From assembly GCF_006345805.1 (NCBI RefSeq), contig NC_043013.1, forward strand, positions 56,854,001-56,918,000: 64,000 nt of DNA, in the 5' to 3' direction. The notes beneath the pieces were generated by a model. The model was not told the origin of the DNA, ran no database searches, and saw nothing but the letters and a program-made list of their open reading frames with translations. The first letter of the stretch is position 1. Every line of letters begins with the position of its first letter. The position numbers and the translations under genes are program-made. The stretch comes from Octopus sinensis. Taxonomy: Eukaryota. This document shows, piece by piece, positions 14,160 to 27,129 of this stretch.

Positions 14160-14524
14160 AGTGAAACCAAGTAGCAACACCAAATGGCGGTGCCCCAGCA
14201 TGGCCACAGCTCATAAGCTGAAACTAGAATCAATCAATCAATCATATAATGTAAATTATATATATATGTGTGTATATATATGTATATATATATATATATG
14301 TGTATATTATATATATATGTATATATATGTATATATATATTATATATATATATATATGCATATATATGTATATATATGCATATATATGTATATATATATA
14401 TATATTTATATATATGTGTATATATATTTATATAAATGTGTATATATATATATGTATATATATATATGTGTATATATATATGTATATATATAGGTATATA
14501 TATGTATATATATATATACGTATA

Positions 14525-15720
14525 TAAAGGAAAAGTTTATGAAAATAAACAAAAGACTAAGGCAGGTGGTGTACAAACAAACAGATGTATTAGTATAGCA
14601 CTTAAGAATAGAAAAATTCTTTTACGTTTCGAGCCTACGCTCTTCTACAGAAATATACACAGAAAAAAGCAAGGAGAGAAACAAGGAGTGAAAAAAAATG
14701 TATGCAGTAACTAACGATCTATCATGGCGTCTGACTTTGGACAGAATGGTCAGACGGGAGAGGGGAAGTAGGGCAGATGACAAGGTCAAGATGACCTCCA
14801 ATAAGAAGGAGCCCCCAACACAAAGGTGCGTGTGAGTATAAGAGAGTATGTATGTTCATGTGAAAGAGGGCTGGAGGTCTGGACGTGTGTGTGTATGTAT
14901 GTGTGGGTGTAAAGATGTGGGGATGGGTGGTGTGTTGTGATGTGTAATGTTGTTTGGTGTAGTGTAGTGTGGTGTGATGTAGGGAGGTGGGGTGGGGGAG
15001 GCGAGACTGTGGAAAGCACAGGTGGGCTGTGGGTTCGGCTGGGAGTTGGGGTAGAGTGGGGGTTGTGGGTAGGTAGAGGGTAGGGTTAGAGTTGAGGTAT
15101 GTGGGGAGGGGTGTGGGATAGGGGTGATGTATGTAGGAAGGGTGGGGGGATGGGAAGGATAGGGAAGGTGGAGTAGTTGGGTTTATGGGGGGAAGGTGGG
15201 TATGTGAGGAGAGAGAGGAGGGGGAAGAGAGGGGGATGAGGAGGGAGGAGGGAAGAGAGAAGAGGAGAGTGAGGGAGCAGAGAGAAAGAGAGAAGGGAGA
15301 AGAGAGTAGAGGAGAAGAGGGAAAGAGAGTAGAGGGAAAAGAGAGAAGAAAAGGGAAAGAGAGATATAGGAGTGAAGAGAAGTAGGAGTTGGGGAGGAGG
15401 TTAGATGAAAAGGCGGGGAGAGTTGAGCTCAAATGGCGTAAAAGAGCGAAGAGAGAAGATTAATCCCTGTTCACGGCGCAAGCAGGAGTCTGGATGGCCT
15501 CTATGCAAGGATAATCCGAACACAGACAGGTGTTGCAAGGAGTGACCGGTGGAGCGGAAATGGCGTGAGACTGGAGTGTCATTGTTTCGGAGGTGTTCCG
15601 CAAACCAGTCAGCCAAGCAGCGTCCCGTTTGTCTGATGTACAGGGAATGGCAGAGAGAGCAGGAGATGCAATAGATGATATTGCTGGAGGTTCAGGTGAA
15701 GGAGTCGATGATGCGATGTG
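14525..15720 (-). mobile_element. 3' fragment of a second PLE family (GIY-YIG end, long low-complexity 3' region, terminus), in (TA)n
   Basis: 15400-15720 translates to DSFT.TSSNIIYCISCSLCHSLYIRQTGRCLADWFAEHLR..PVSRHF (GIY-YIG). Confidence 0.85.
14618..14654 (-). ncRNA. Hammerhead-like motif variant (CUGUAGA core) in a PLE terminus
   Basis: UUU CUGUAGA A GAGC-GUAG-GCUC GAAAC GUA AAAGA; a degenerate copy is at ~17010-17050 (+). Confidence 0.5.
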
Positions 15721-17143
15721 TGTATGTATATATATATATATGCTTTTATTATAGGATAAAATTTAAAAAAAAATTTTCTTCAAAGTTGCCAGCCTATAAA
15801 GATACCTTTAAAGGTGAAAATTATAAATAATTATGAACAAGGGCAAAAGAAAAAAGATTTCTATGCCAATATACTGAGAATAGACTTTAAATCGTCAGTC
15901 ACCGCATTACAATATACATCACTATGAATACACGTCGTGCTTTAATCGAGGAAGGCAAGCTCATAGAATTTTTAAAAAAATTTATTATTTCTATATTGAA
16001 TCAATTTTGTGATTAATCCAATGGATTTTCCCCTCTTAAGTAGAGAATACGATAAGAAATAAATGAAATACCTACAAGCACCCATGGAAAAAAGCAGAAG
16101 CATGAGTCATGAGTACACATAAGAACCCCAGTAATATCCAAATTCTTCAGCAAGCCTCAGCACATGTGTGATCAGTCATGAATCACAACTCATATATATA
16201 ATGATAATGATGATGATGACATAGCTTAGGCACAGTGATATTAATGACCTGGTGTTATACATATACTTCAAAATAAAGCATCAGTCAAGTTCTGAGCATA
16301 ATATGAAATTAAATGAATAACAAAGGAACAGAATATTATGTATGCAACTTCATTAGCTTACAGTTGTTTCTGCTATGAGATGCAGTGTATCCAGAGCTGA
16401 ATATTTGTGCATCACCCTATAGCTTCTTTAGAGCTTTTTAAATAGAAGTGCAAGATTATTTAAGAAAGCATTTACACATACAAAAATTCTCACCATTGAA
16501 AATATAAGAATACATAAAAAAAGAAGCATTGTGTAAGAAGGATGAAAACTACTCCCAGAAATACTTAAATTCAGATCATTTTGTGAATATGTGTATATAA
16601 TATATATGTATATGTGCGTGCGTGTGTGTATGTATGTACATATATGTATGTATGCATTCATGTATGCATGTATGGTGCATGATAAATTCTTATATAAATA
16701 CCTATTCATATGTGTACATAAAATATTGACACAATATATATGTTAATTCCTATTGAGCATATGACTAGCTGTGAGAGCCTCGTTAGGAAAGAACATTGGG
16801 AAAAGAACGCAAGAGAACTTAAGAGCTAAAGAGAAACAAAGAAAGAACAAAAGATAAAACTTGTTGATGTAAAACTGTCCGTGACATTAATAGGGTCAAT
16901 GGATTATATATATAGATAACATGTATACACACAGAGAAACCACATTTATATATCTTCCTTTCTCTGTCTCTCTCTCTCTCTCTTTTCATTATTTATTTCT
17001 TCTCATTTCTTTCTGTCAAAGAATGTAGGCACAAAATGTAAAAGACTTTTCCACTTATTCTGATTGCCAAACTAATACACTTGCATGTTGTTGTTCCTAC
17101 ACCTGTCTTCATCTTTGCTTTTCTATAAATTTGAACTGAATAC

Positions 17144-17221
<78 letters not shown>

Positions 17222-17250
17222 CATATATATATATACATATATATATATAC

Positions 17251-17286
<36 letters not shown>

Positions 17287-17322
<36 letters not shown>

Positions 17323-19280
17323 CTAGTTTCAGCTTATGAGCTGTGGCCATGCTGGGGCACCGCCATTTGGTGTTGCTATAGCCCAGGCTTCTTGTCTGCT
17401 CTTTCCTTTTCATGGGAGAGTTGTAGACATTTTTCGATTTCCAACAGTTTTATTTTTAGGCGGGACTTTTCACTGCTTTTAATCTGTTTGTTTAGGCGAT
17501 TTGAAAATTTTGTACGCCGTCTCATTAAAATTTTCCTCTCTCTGGGGATTTTGTTCTTGTGTACAGTGGCCTTTCTCTCTGGGACACATTTGTAGCATAT
17601 GGCTTGCATTACAGACATGAATTGTTGAAGTTTCACGTCGATGTCTGGCGAGGAGAGACATTTAGGCCAGTTTTGTTTGAGGATCTCTTTCTCAATTTGT
17701 TTCCAGTTTGCCTTATGGTAGTTCAAGCTGGAAAGATTCTGAGGGTTTCTTGTAGGCTGCATGTCCGTGCTCTCTTTTGGCCCGTACATGGTCAGCTCTA
17801 TCATGTTGTGATCCGAGAGTAGTGTCGGTGTCACTTTCACATTATGGATGAGATCCATGTCATTTGTGAAGCAGAGATCCAGTGTGTTACCTGCCCTGGT
17901 TGGTTGGAGTATTACCTGCTCCATGTACAGGGTGTTGATGAGGTTCAGGAGAGACCTCGCCTGTCCTCATTCACATCTTGTCATTCCTGGGAGAGAAAGA
18001 CCCTCGGGCCATCTGACATTGGGCAGATTGAAGTCTCCCATAAGAAGTACACTTATGTGTTGTTCTAATATGGTTAGAACTTCTTCTATTTTTATAAGGC
18101 AGTCTTCAAACTTGCCCACATGGCTTGGGGCATCTCGAGGGCGATATGTAGCACACACAACTACATCAAGTTGCCTAATATGTACAATTAGTGTGTCACA
18201 CACCGAGTTTGAGTATGACAAGAGGACCTGGGGTGTGAGGGCCTCACGGATGTACATAGCAACACCTCCATGACTCCTTTCTTTCCTGTCGGTCCGTAGT
18301 ACAGCATACTGTGGTATGTGTAACTCCGCATCTGCTATATCCGGTTTCAGGTGCGTTTCCGTTAGTGCTATGCATAAGGCTTGATTGCATGCAACAAAAT
18401 CTCTCAGGAACGGGATCTTTGTCCTGTTACTGAGTGTTTGCAGTCCTCTGATGTTCAGTAGGAGCATCGAGGTGAGGTGTACGTTGTTGCCGGTGGTGTC
18501 CATCCTGGGTCTGTTTGCTGTGGTGGTCTGGCATATAGTGGGTAGTCCCACCTGCGGGCTTGGGTTTGATGAAACCAGGTCAGCTGCTGTACAATCTTTT
18601 GTGCCATGCACAAAAAAGATTGTTGCTCAGCAGCTGCCCTTTCGACAACATCATGTTGGTGGTTTGTGGCACGCACAACATCTGTGTACCTCCGCTTTCG
18701 GGCAAGTGGTGCGTGGTCCAAACCTTTTCCTTGTGTTGATGGTTTGTCCATCTGCCTCGTGTCTCTGTGACAGGGTCCCCGTTGTGCAAAGCGGCAGCCT
18801 GCACCTTCCTTTCCATGCCAGCAGGAACCTCTCAGGTAGAACCTACACACCCGTTTGCGCTGTTTGTTTCCATCTTTTGCGGTTCCACTTCTTTTCCTGG
18901 TTTTTTCACCCTTTGGTCCTGCTTGAGCTTTTCCTTTAGCTCTACCAGCCCTTCTTTTAGTTCTTCCTCCTCCCTCTACCTCTTCACCGGGTTCTCCGTC
19001 TCCATGGCCTTTGCTGCCGGTTGGAGAACTTGCACCTGGGTTCACTTCCCGGGCAGGTTTCTCATTCAAAACCTCCTCCCGTCCATCAGGTGGGGGTGAC
19101 TTCTTTCATCGTCTCCATTCTTGCCATCTTTGCCCCGCTCGTTCTCAAAGATGGCATCAAGTGCGCCAATGTGCGACCGTATAAGCGCATATGAGCGCAC
19201 GAATTCCCGTCTCTTTCGCTCCATCTGAGCCGCTGTCCTCTTGTAGCCTTTGCTCTTCAGCGCAGCCGCAATCACCTCGC
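17287..19280 (-). mobile_element. Second copy of the CR1-group LINE, 5'-truncated and lacking the RT by internal deletion, in (TA)n
   Basis: Near-identical to 10375-12292 and joined directly to the 3'UTR (14175-14243); (AATC)n tail at 17287-17322. Confidence 0.93.
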
Positions 19281-19364
19281 TATATATGTATATATATATA
19301 TATATATATTATATATAATATATATATATATATGTATATAAATATATACATATATATAATATAC

Positions 19365-19535
<171 letters not shown>

Positions 19536-19540
19536 TATAT

Positions 19541-19915
19541 GCATGAAGGTGCATGGCTTAATGGTTAAGGTGTTGCACTCACAATTGCAAGATTGTGGGT
19601 TTGATTCCTAGACTGGGTTTTGTGTTTTGTTCTTGAGCAAAGCACTTCCTTTCACCTTGGCTCTGGAATCATTCCGGCATCTAACATGTGGCACCCATTG
19701 CACCTGTACAGGTAATGTCCATCTGATGGAGAGAATGCACTTAAATCTACACAAACATTTGATCACTGTTAACAAATCATTTGTGTGATTGTTCAGTAAG
19801 AAATTGCTGACCCTCATATGTGGTCTGACGACGGGAGAGTCCATCATATATACATACGTGTTCAACTCATGCTAGCATGGAAAGTGAATGTTGAAGTATG
19901 ATGAGGGTGAAGATG
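19541..19915 (+). mobile_element. tRNA-derived SINE with RTE-type tail
   Basis: Head GGTGCATGGCTTAATGGTTAAGG, B-box-like GGGTTTGATTCC, tail CATGCTAGCATGGAAAG. Confidence 0.7.
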
Positions 19916-21099
19916 GTGAAAATGGTGATAGACAGATTATATCTGAGAGCCAAAGACATGCAAGAAACAACACAAGTCAGTGTTTTGCACTTTAACTTTC
20001 TATCTCAATATTTCGGGGTTATGACTCCTTATTCAGGAAATCTTTTGAGAAATGGTGTGCTGTGAGCTGGCTTCTCAGTCATGCAGTGTGTGTAAATGTA
20101 ATATTTATGTATATGTATGATGAATATGGTAAAAAAGGGTTACAGAAAATTTTTTATTGAAATATTTCAACTGATATTTAATATGAAAGGAAAGATTTTT
20201 CATGTTCCTTTAAGAAATCTTATAAGACGTAACGACGAGAAAATATTTAATCAACATTTGTATAATATTCTAAAAATACAAAGTAGAACCAAGAATAGAC
20301 AAAATATATATAAAGAAAAAAATCTATTTGAAAATATCTGTCAAACATAGAATGTAAACTAAATTTCTCAATGTGTTTGTGAGCTTAACTTAAAGCAATG
20401 GAACCTAAAAGACAAAGGAATATGCAGAAAGCAATAAATTATGATACAAAATACCAAATGTCAGTGCATGAAGAATATAAAAAAAAACTTTTAAATTAAT
20501 GACTTTTCATTGTTTTATCAAAAATATTCAACTATAGTCAGGAATCTTTTAGATTTCGAGAATGTATTGGATTTTTCTAAATTCTATAAAAGTTCCTTGC
20601 AGCAATATTTAGCTATGTCTATGTCTGTCTGTCATTTTCAATCGAGGCCTGATTTTATACAAATCATTATTCTTTGTTTCTGTTCGCGCTAAGTTTTCTT
20701 TTTGTTCAAATAAATCTTCTAAATATGAAATCAATATTTCAAAAATATATGGCTTCTCTGTAGAGAAGCAGACCCAACAGATCCATGGCAGGCAAAAATG
20801 GACAGATACTAACGACATTCATTATGATTTATTTATTTTATATTGGAATCGGTGAACAATAGAAACATTTGTTATGGGTTTCCAGTGGATCAGTAACTGG
20901 TTCACTATATATCTGAGAATGTTAAGGGAGTCTGTGTAACTCATTGCAGGAATAATATCTCAAGGGATGTCACTGGAAAACCACTGGTTGATATTTTGTT
21001 TTTCTCTGTTTCTCATTGGCATTTATATCCTGAACCAATTTAGATTAGCAAAAAACAAAAATAAAAATAAAATTTATGCAGATGTATGCATGTATACAA

Positions 21100-21171
<72 letters not shown>

Positions 21172-21284
21172 GTATGTATGTGTGTGTGTGTGTATGTGTG
21201 TGTGCGTGTGTGTGTGTGTATGTATGAGTGTACATATAAATATATCAAATCATTTCATAATGGGATGGAGGTATGGGTTAATGT

Positions 21285-21760
21285 CAGTAGTGGAATGATG
21301 GGGACCCATTTCTGTTGAGAATGGTGTCAAGCAAGGGAACATTGTTGCTCCAATTCTCTTTCCTCTGCATTTATACCCTTACTTAAGCTGTGAATTGTTC
21401 TTCTGGGGCACTAATATTCTTGCATCGATTTGCTGCCATTTCTAAAGAGATTTTCAGTCTCTTATTCGTGACCGTCTTTATGCAAATGATTGCATCTTAC
21501 TTGCTCATAGGTATTATCCTAACTTATAATTAGTTGACTAACTGAATTTATGAGGAATTCTTTATCTAGCTGCTTGATTTGATTGAAATAGTAGTCAAAT
21601 TGCCTTTTAAATAAAAAAGAAAAAATACTCTGGTTAATGTGATCCCAGTTGCAACCTGCCTGCTGGGAATGATGAGATAGTCATGGGTGGATGGTGTTTG
21701 ATCAAATGTTTGTTCAATGCTGGTCTGGACTTAAATGATAAGATAAAACAGAGAAATAGA
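21285..21760 (+). pseudogene. Highly degenerate RTE-clade RT remnant
   Basis: PISVENGVKQGNIVAPILF and IRDRLYANDCILLAH resemble RTE GVKQGCVLAPTLF and IRELLFADDCALLAH. Confidence 0.65.
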
Positions 21761-22461
21761 TAAAAACACTAAAAACATATTGTCTTATTTCAAATCCAGT
21801 TTCCAGAATTTTATATCATGAAAGTTGGTCTGAGAGAGATCGAGATAGACAAAATGATCAGCGGATATATATATATATATATTTGTAAAAAATGAAGTTC
21901 GAAAATGCTGCTGTATTATACAATTTTTAATTTTTATATATACATTATAACATGTTTCAGTTCCTGAAATGAACCTTATCAAAAAAAGTTATATATAAAA
22001 AAAGACAGCTCATGCCGTCAAACACAAGAAATTCATTTATAATACACAACGGAGTCAGACATCTTAGAGTTCATGTATAGTTGATATATAGTTCATGTAT
22101 AGTTGATATATAGTTTGAAGTATATGTTCAAAGTGTTCGATGCAGTGGCCCACGGTGGCGATACGTATTCAATACAAAAAACAGATCAAAGTGGTGGAAA
22201 GCGGTCAATACAGAAGATTGATGTTTCCGAAAGAGCGAGGAATTCATTTTTACCTTAAGCAATTGTGATGACCCATGGTGGATGTTCGCTGGGTGGTTCT
22301 AGTGGGTTTTGTGAAGTGCTCGGTTTTATAATGCCTGTTAGGTGGTCAATCCAGCGTAGCGTGACGTCATCAATGTTTTGACCAATCGTTTCGTTAGGTG
22401 GCTTTAGTCAAGCAGAACGGGACGTCATCATTATTTTGACCAATCGCTGCATTATAACTGC

Positions 22462-22511
<50 letters not shown>

Positions 22512-22514
22512 GAG

Positions 22515-22578
<64 letters not shown>

Positions 22579-22581
22579 GAG

Positions 22582-22658
<77 letters not shown>

Positions 22659-24124
22659 AATAACAAGGCTATGCATTTTAGTGGTATACCAAGGCATTGA
22701 TTTTCTGCCTTTTCTTTGCTGGGATCCTTAAGAAACTTTTGCTTTCCATAAAAAAATATCATATAAAGATGAAAATGTAGACCTTCTAACAGTTGTGTTT
22801 TATTTTTAATTTCTAACCACAAACATTAGTGTGAAATAATAAAGCTTCTGAGTTGAATAAAAACAAAGTTATTTTTAAGAGTTAATTATTTTATTCTGAT
22901 AAATGGTTTTAATAAAGTAGACACTTTCCCTCCCTATTACCCTTCCTTCAAATGCCATCAGATACCCTCAGGGTATAATGAAACTTGAGAGAGGCAATAT
23001 TCTCTTAACAACATCTAAGCTTTCCTTATCGTTGAATTTTGGTTTTTATTGTTCTTTTAGAATTTAAAAGTGAAATATTTCAATGTTGAAATGTGAGTGT
23101 AAATTATATAAACACACAGCCTGAAATATTTAGTATTACAATTAAAGAGATAGATCTTGTAAAATGTCCATATAAATTGCTTTACATATTATTTCAATAA
23201 TAATTATCCTTAGCAGTATCAATTGTAAAACTCTACATTCTGAGTTCAAACTTTACCATGGTCAATTTTGTATTGTATTTATTTGAAGCCATGGAAACAA
23301 ACGCATACTATGAAATGATATTGCTTCAATCAGTCCTTCTCTCTTCTGACTAGTTTCTGACTTTGTACCATTAGAAGGAGCCATGTCCTTTTTAATGAAA
23401 AGGTGTGATTTGAGGGAGATTTGGCTACTATTTCTAATTAATCTTTGTTGCAATTACATCAAAACCCACTCGTATTTCAACCAGCCACATCTGGCCTAAA
23501 TATTCCACCTGTTTTAGGTTCAAACTGGTTAGATCTGGCCTCTCACACCTACCTTACAATGTCATTCTTAAAATAAACAATCACATCATTGAAATCTCAA
23601 AGCTACAAAGTAATGTATGATTGATTCAAAGCAACGGGAATCAAAAAGCACCACATTCGACAGAATGCTAAACGGTTAAATGCAATTTTTATTTATTTTC
23701 TGAGTTGCTAAAATATTGACCTCACAACAATGACCAGGAGAGTCAGTTCCTTTTACAACAGTGACCAGATTAGCAACCAGCTTCCTCCTTAATTCAATAA
23801 TAGTTGTGGGTCAAACATTTGAACAGCTCAAAATGTTAAGGGAGATAGGATTCAATAGGTTTTCTAGGTTTCCACGTGGTCCTTCCACAGCATAATTGCC
23901 TTTGTTTCAACACACAGTCACAGGTTGTTGTTATTTAGCAACAGGTCAAACCTGATTGAACTGACCTATGATAGAAGGCTTTCCTGACTTGACACCCACG
24001 TCTCTTTCTTATAGACAACACGAAATCCCCATTAATCACCATGTCCTTTTTAATGAAAAGGTGTGATTTGAGGGAGATTTGGCTACTATTTCTAAGAGAT
24101 TGAGAGACCATGTAGAAACTCCTT

Positions 24125-24351
24125 GTTGGATCATTCTTCTCTACTCTAGGCTCAAGGTCTGAAATTTTGGGGGAGGTGTCCAGGCGATTAGATCGACCCC
24201 TGTATGCAACTGGTACTTAATTTATTGACTCCGAAAGGATGAAAGGCAAAGTTGACCTTGGCGGAATTTGAACTCAGAATGTAAAAAGACAGTCAAAATA
24301 CTGCTAAGTATTTCACCCAGCATGCTACCATTTCTGCCAGCTTGCCACCTT
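24125..24351 (-). mobile_element. tRNA-derived SINE with GCCTTTCATCCTTTCGG..AAGTACCAG central domain
   Basis: GGTGGCAAGCTGGCAGAA head and GAGTTCAAATTCC B-box; family members at 40075-40520, 52700-53170, 53565-53770, 56065-56280 and 56825-56998. Confidence 0.85.
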
Positions 24352-24632
24352 TCTTTGTTGGATTATTACTGATGTAATAATAGTAGTAGTCATATTAGCA
24401 CCAGCCGCTAGTATTGTGCATTGTGACTGAAAGATGAAACCCACTAAATGTAATTAGTCATGGGGATGATGGGCCTCAATACAATTTCTGTTTGGGAAAT
24501 TCATTGCAAGGTTTGATCATGCAGAAGAGGCTCAGACAGAAGACACGTGGTCAAGATATTATTCATACAAGGATTATTACTGAAGGTACTTGTTCAAGAT
24601 GTTGGTCATTCTGAAGTTATGATAGAAAGTTC

Positions 24633-25457
24633 GGGGCTGATGCATTTTTGCATCTCTCCTTGAAAAATGCATTATTTTACAAAAGTTTTTTCAGGCTTAG
24701 ATGTCAGAAATTATGAATATGCAAAAAAAAAAGAAACATTTTTTCATTTAACCCCACTCTCTCCTCTCCCAATTTAAATTTTAGGTTTTTGTTTGCTCTA
24801 AAGAGATCGTAGCAAATTAACGAACATATGCAAATTGAAATTAAATACAGACAAAAACATTAAAGTGAGAAGAATTTGTGTTTTACTTGTTTACCTTAAA
24901 TAATCATAAATAATAATATAATGTAAATTAAAAATACACCACATCCCCATGTGAGCCATTTTATGAGAAACAAACAATATTTAATAATTAATGTTATAAA
25001 GTTTAATAAGGGGCTCAAATTTCACCCCTCCCCCAATTTCAAATTTTGAACTTTTTCACCCTTTTATTCATTTGTCTGTCTATCTATTTATCCCTTTCTG
25101 TTTATTCATAAAATATATTTGTCAACTAAATGTGGTGGGCTTGTAGAGGACGGTGTTACTGTTGTAGGAAGACATTCATATTTATCTCTTTATACACATA
25201 TCTATATGCTTATTGAATTAAAAATTTTGGGAATGTGGCTTCTGGCATATTCGGAATTTGTCATCTAAAACATAAGGAAAAAAGAAATTTTGAAAAAATT
25301 CAAAATTTTATAAGGGGCTGTATGTGTGGGGGGAGGGAGATTAAAAAATTTTTTTTTGCATATTCATAATCTCCAACATCTAAAATGTAGGAATCTGAAA
25401 AAGTGTTTTTCAAAAAACTGCATTTTACAAAGAGAGGTGCGGAACTGCATTAGCCCC
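24633..25457. mobile_element. Degenerate MITE with long imperfect TIRs, GGGGC..GCCCC ends and 8-bp TSD
   Basis: Left end GGGGCTGATGCATTTTTGCATCTCTCCTTGAAAAATGCA vs right end (rc) GGGGCTAATGCAGTTCCGCACCTCTCTTTGTAAAATGCA; flanks GAAAGTTC / AAAAGTTC. Confidence 0.75.
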
Positions 25458-25594
25458 AAAAGTTCTGTGTCATGGTATTGATTACATGGATGTTTTGAGT
25501 GAAAGTACTTGCTCAAAGAATTGTTAAATGAAAATCACAGGGTTACAGAATGACCCTTGTAACTCCCCATGCACTCCACACCAGAATTTTTTAG

Positions 25595-25876
25595 CTTTCA
25601 CTTGTTTCAGTCATTAGATTGTGGCCATGCTGGGGCATCACGTTGAATAATTCTAGACAAACAAATTGACCTTAGTGCTTGTTTTTTTTAAAGCTTAGTA
25701 CTTATCCTAGTGGTCTCTTTTGCCAAACCAGGTTTGGGGATGTAAACACACCAACACTGGTTATTGAGCAGTGGTGTGAATAAACACACACACACACACT
25801 TATGATAGGCTGGGATTGAACCTGGAACCATGTGGTTAGCAAGCAAACTTCTGACTACACAGCCAAGCCTGTGCCT
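25595..25876 (-). mobile_element. SINE of the 7331 family
   Basis: Reverse complement of head GGCACAGGCTTGGCTGTG and tail CCCCAGCATGGCCACAATCTAATGACTGAAACAAG. Confidence 0.75.
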
Positions 25877-27077
25877 AGGATTCTAACATTGATCAAATTT
25901 AGCCATAGTAACTTGATTTTCAGTTTTATTTTGCAAATGTTTTGTAGCAAAGATATGAAGGAACATTAACACTTCTTATTTTCATTCCTACATAAACATG
26001 CCGGTGTGATTGTGGTAGGATTAGGGCAGGTTACAACGGCAATGTTTGATAGAGATTCTGGTTCAGTCCTATCCTGCAGTACCTTAAACAAATGTCTTGT
26101 ACTTTACCATCATCTTTACCAATGGCTCATGAATGAGATTTGGTGAAGAGAAATCTCACTGAAGCTCTCTTATACACAACATTATCATGATTATCATAAT
26201 CATGATGGTCATCATCATCATCAACAACATCATCATTGCCAATTTCAGTTTTACTTCAGCTTTCCATGCTAGAATGGATTCAACAGGTTTCAAGATCTGA
26301 GTCATTCTTATATGAATAGCATTTTACTCATGCATTCTGTTTTTGGCATCATTTCCACTGCTTGATGACCATCCTAACACCATCCACTTTACAGAGTGGA
26401 CTGTATAATGGCACCAGCATCAATGAGGTTCCCTATGTTCTGAGAATAGCTGAATGTTCTCTCTATCAAACATTGCCATTGCTTGTTTGTCAGTCACACA
26501 CTCATGTATGTAAGTGTATATGTGTATGTGTGTGTAAGTGTGTGTGCGTGTGTGTGTTCATATGTATAAATGTTGCAGACTGAAAATATCCCATGCTGTT
26601 TAAACAAAATCTCTTGTGATGTGTACTCAGCACTGAGTTACAAATACTCCCTTGTTTGCTACTAGAAATGCAGTGAACCAGTGATTGCTTTGTTCAATAG
26701 CTGTAACCTATGATGCTTGCCTTCATAAATTGTGATATAAAGTGGAACAGATAAAAGCTTAATTTCTAATTAAGAAACACCTATTCATCATTTTGGTTCA
26801 TATTGGTATAATTATGGATCCCCATGAAGTGCACATATCAAATAGTTGGAACATGTGTGTTCAAAGAGAGAGAGAGATTGATATATAGGTAGATAGCCAG
26901 CTAGGTAGATGGAGGGATGAATATGTAGATAGACAAATAGTTAGATGGTGAGCTTGTTAACTGGCAAGATAGTCTGATAGCTAGGTAGATAGATAGATTG
27001 ACAGATAGACAGGCAGACATAGAAGCAGACAGATTGACAGACAGAAAGACAGACAAATAGATAGGTAGATAGATAGA

Positions 27078-27129
<52 letters not shown>

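Larger units (their letters stand above)
8611..14243 (+). mobile_element. Near full-length CR1-group (Jockey superclade) LINE with tandem-repeat 5' region, (AATC)n tail, in (TA)n
   Basis: ORF1, then APE-RT ORF2, then 3'UTR and AATC tail; (TA)n on both sides. Assigning 8611-10303 to the 5'UTR is inference. Confidence 0.85.

Noticed and set aside
14722-15432. 236-aa minus-strand ORF
   Set aside because: Low-complexity Ser/Leu/Pro/His translation of the purine-rich PLE 3' region.
10377-19099. Antisense and alternate-frame ORFs over the LINE copies (e.g. 10725-11282, 18385-18939)
   Set aside because: Shadow ORFs of GC-balanced coding sequence; their presence in both copies reflects recent common ancestry.
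20600-20820. NNDLYKIRPRL resembles the piggyBac D.LYKIRP motif
   Set aside because: Single short motif with no DDD residues or TIRs identified.
22460-22660. (CT)n(AT)n(AG)n palindrome and duplicated GA/GATA blocks
   Set aside because: Ordinary compound-microsatellite slippage; a similar case is at 44030-44215.
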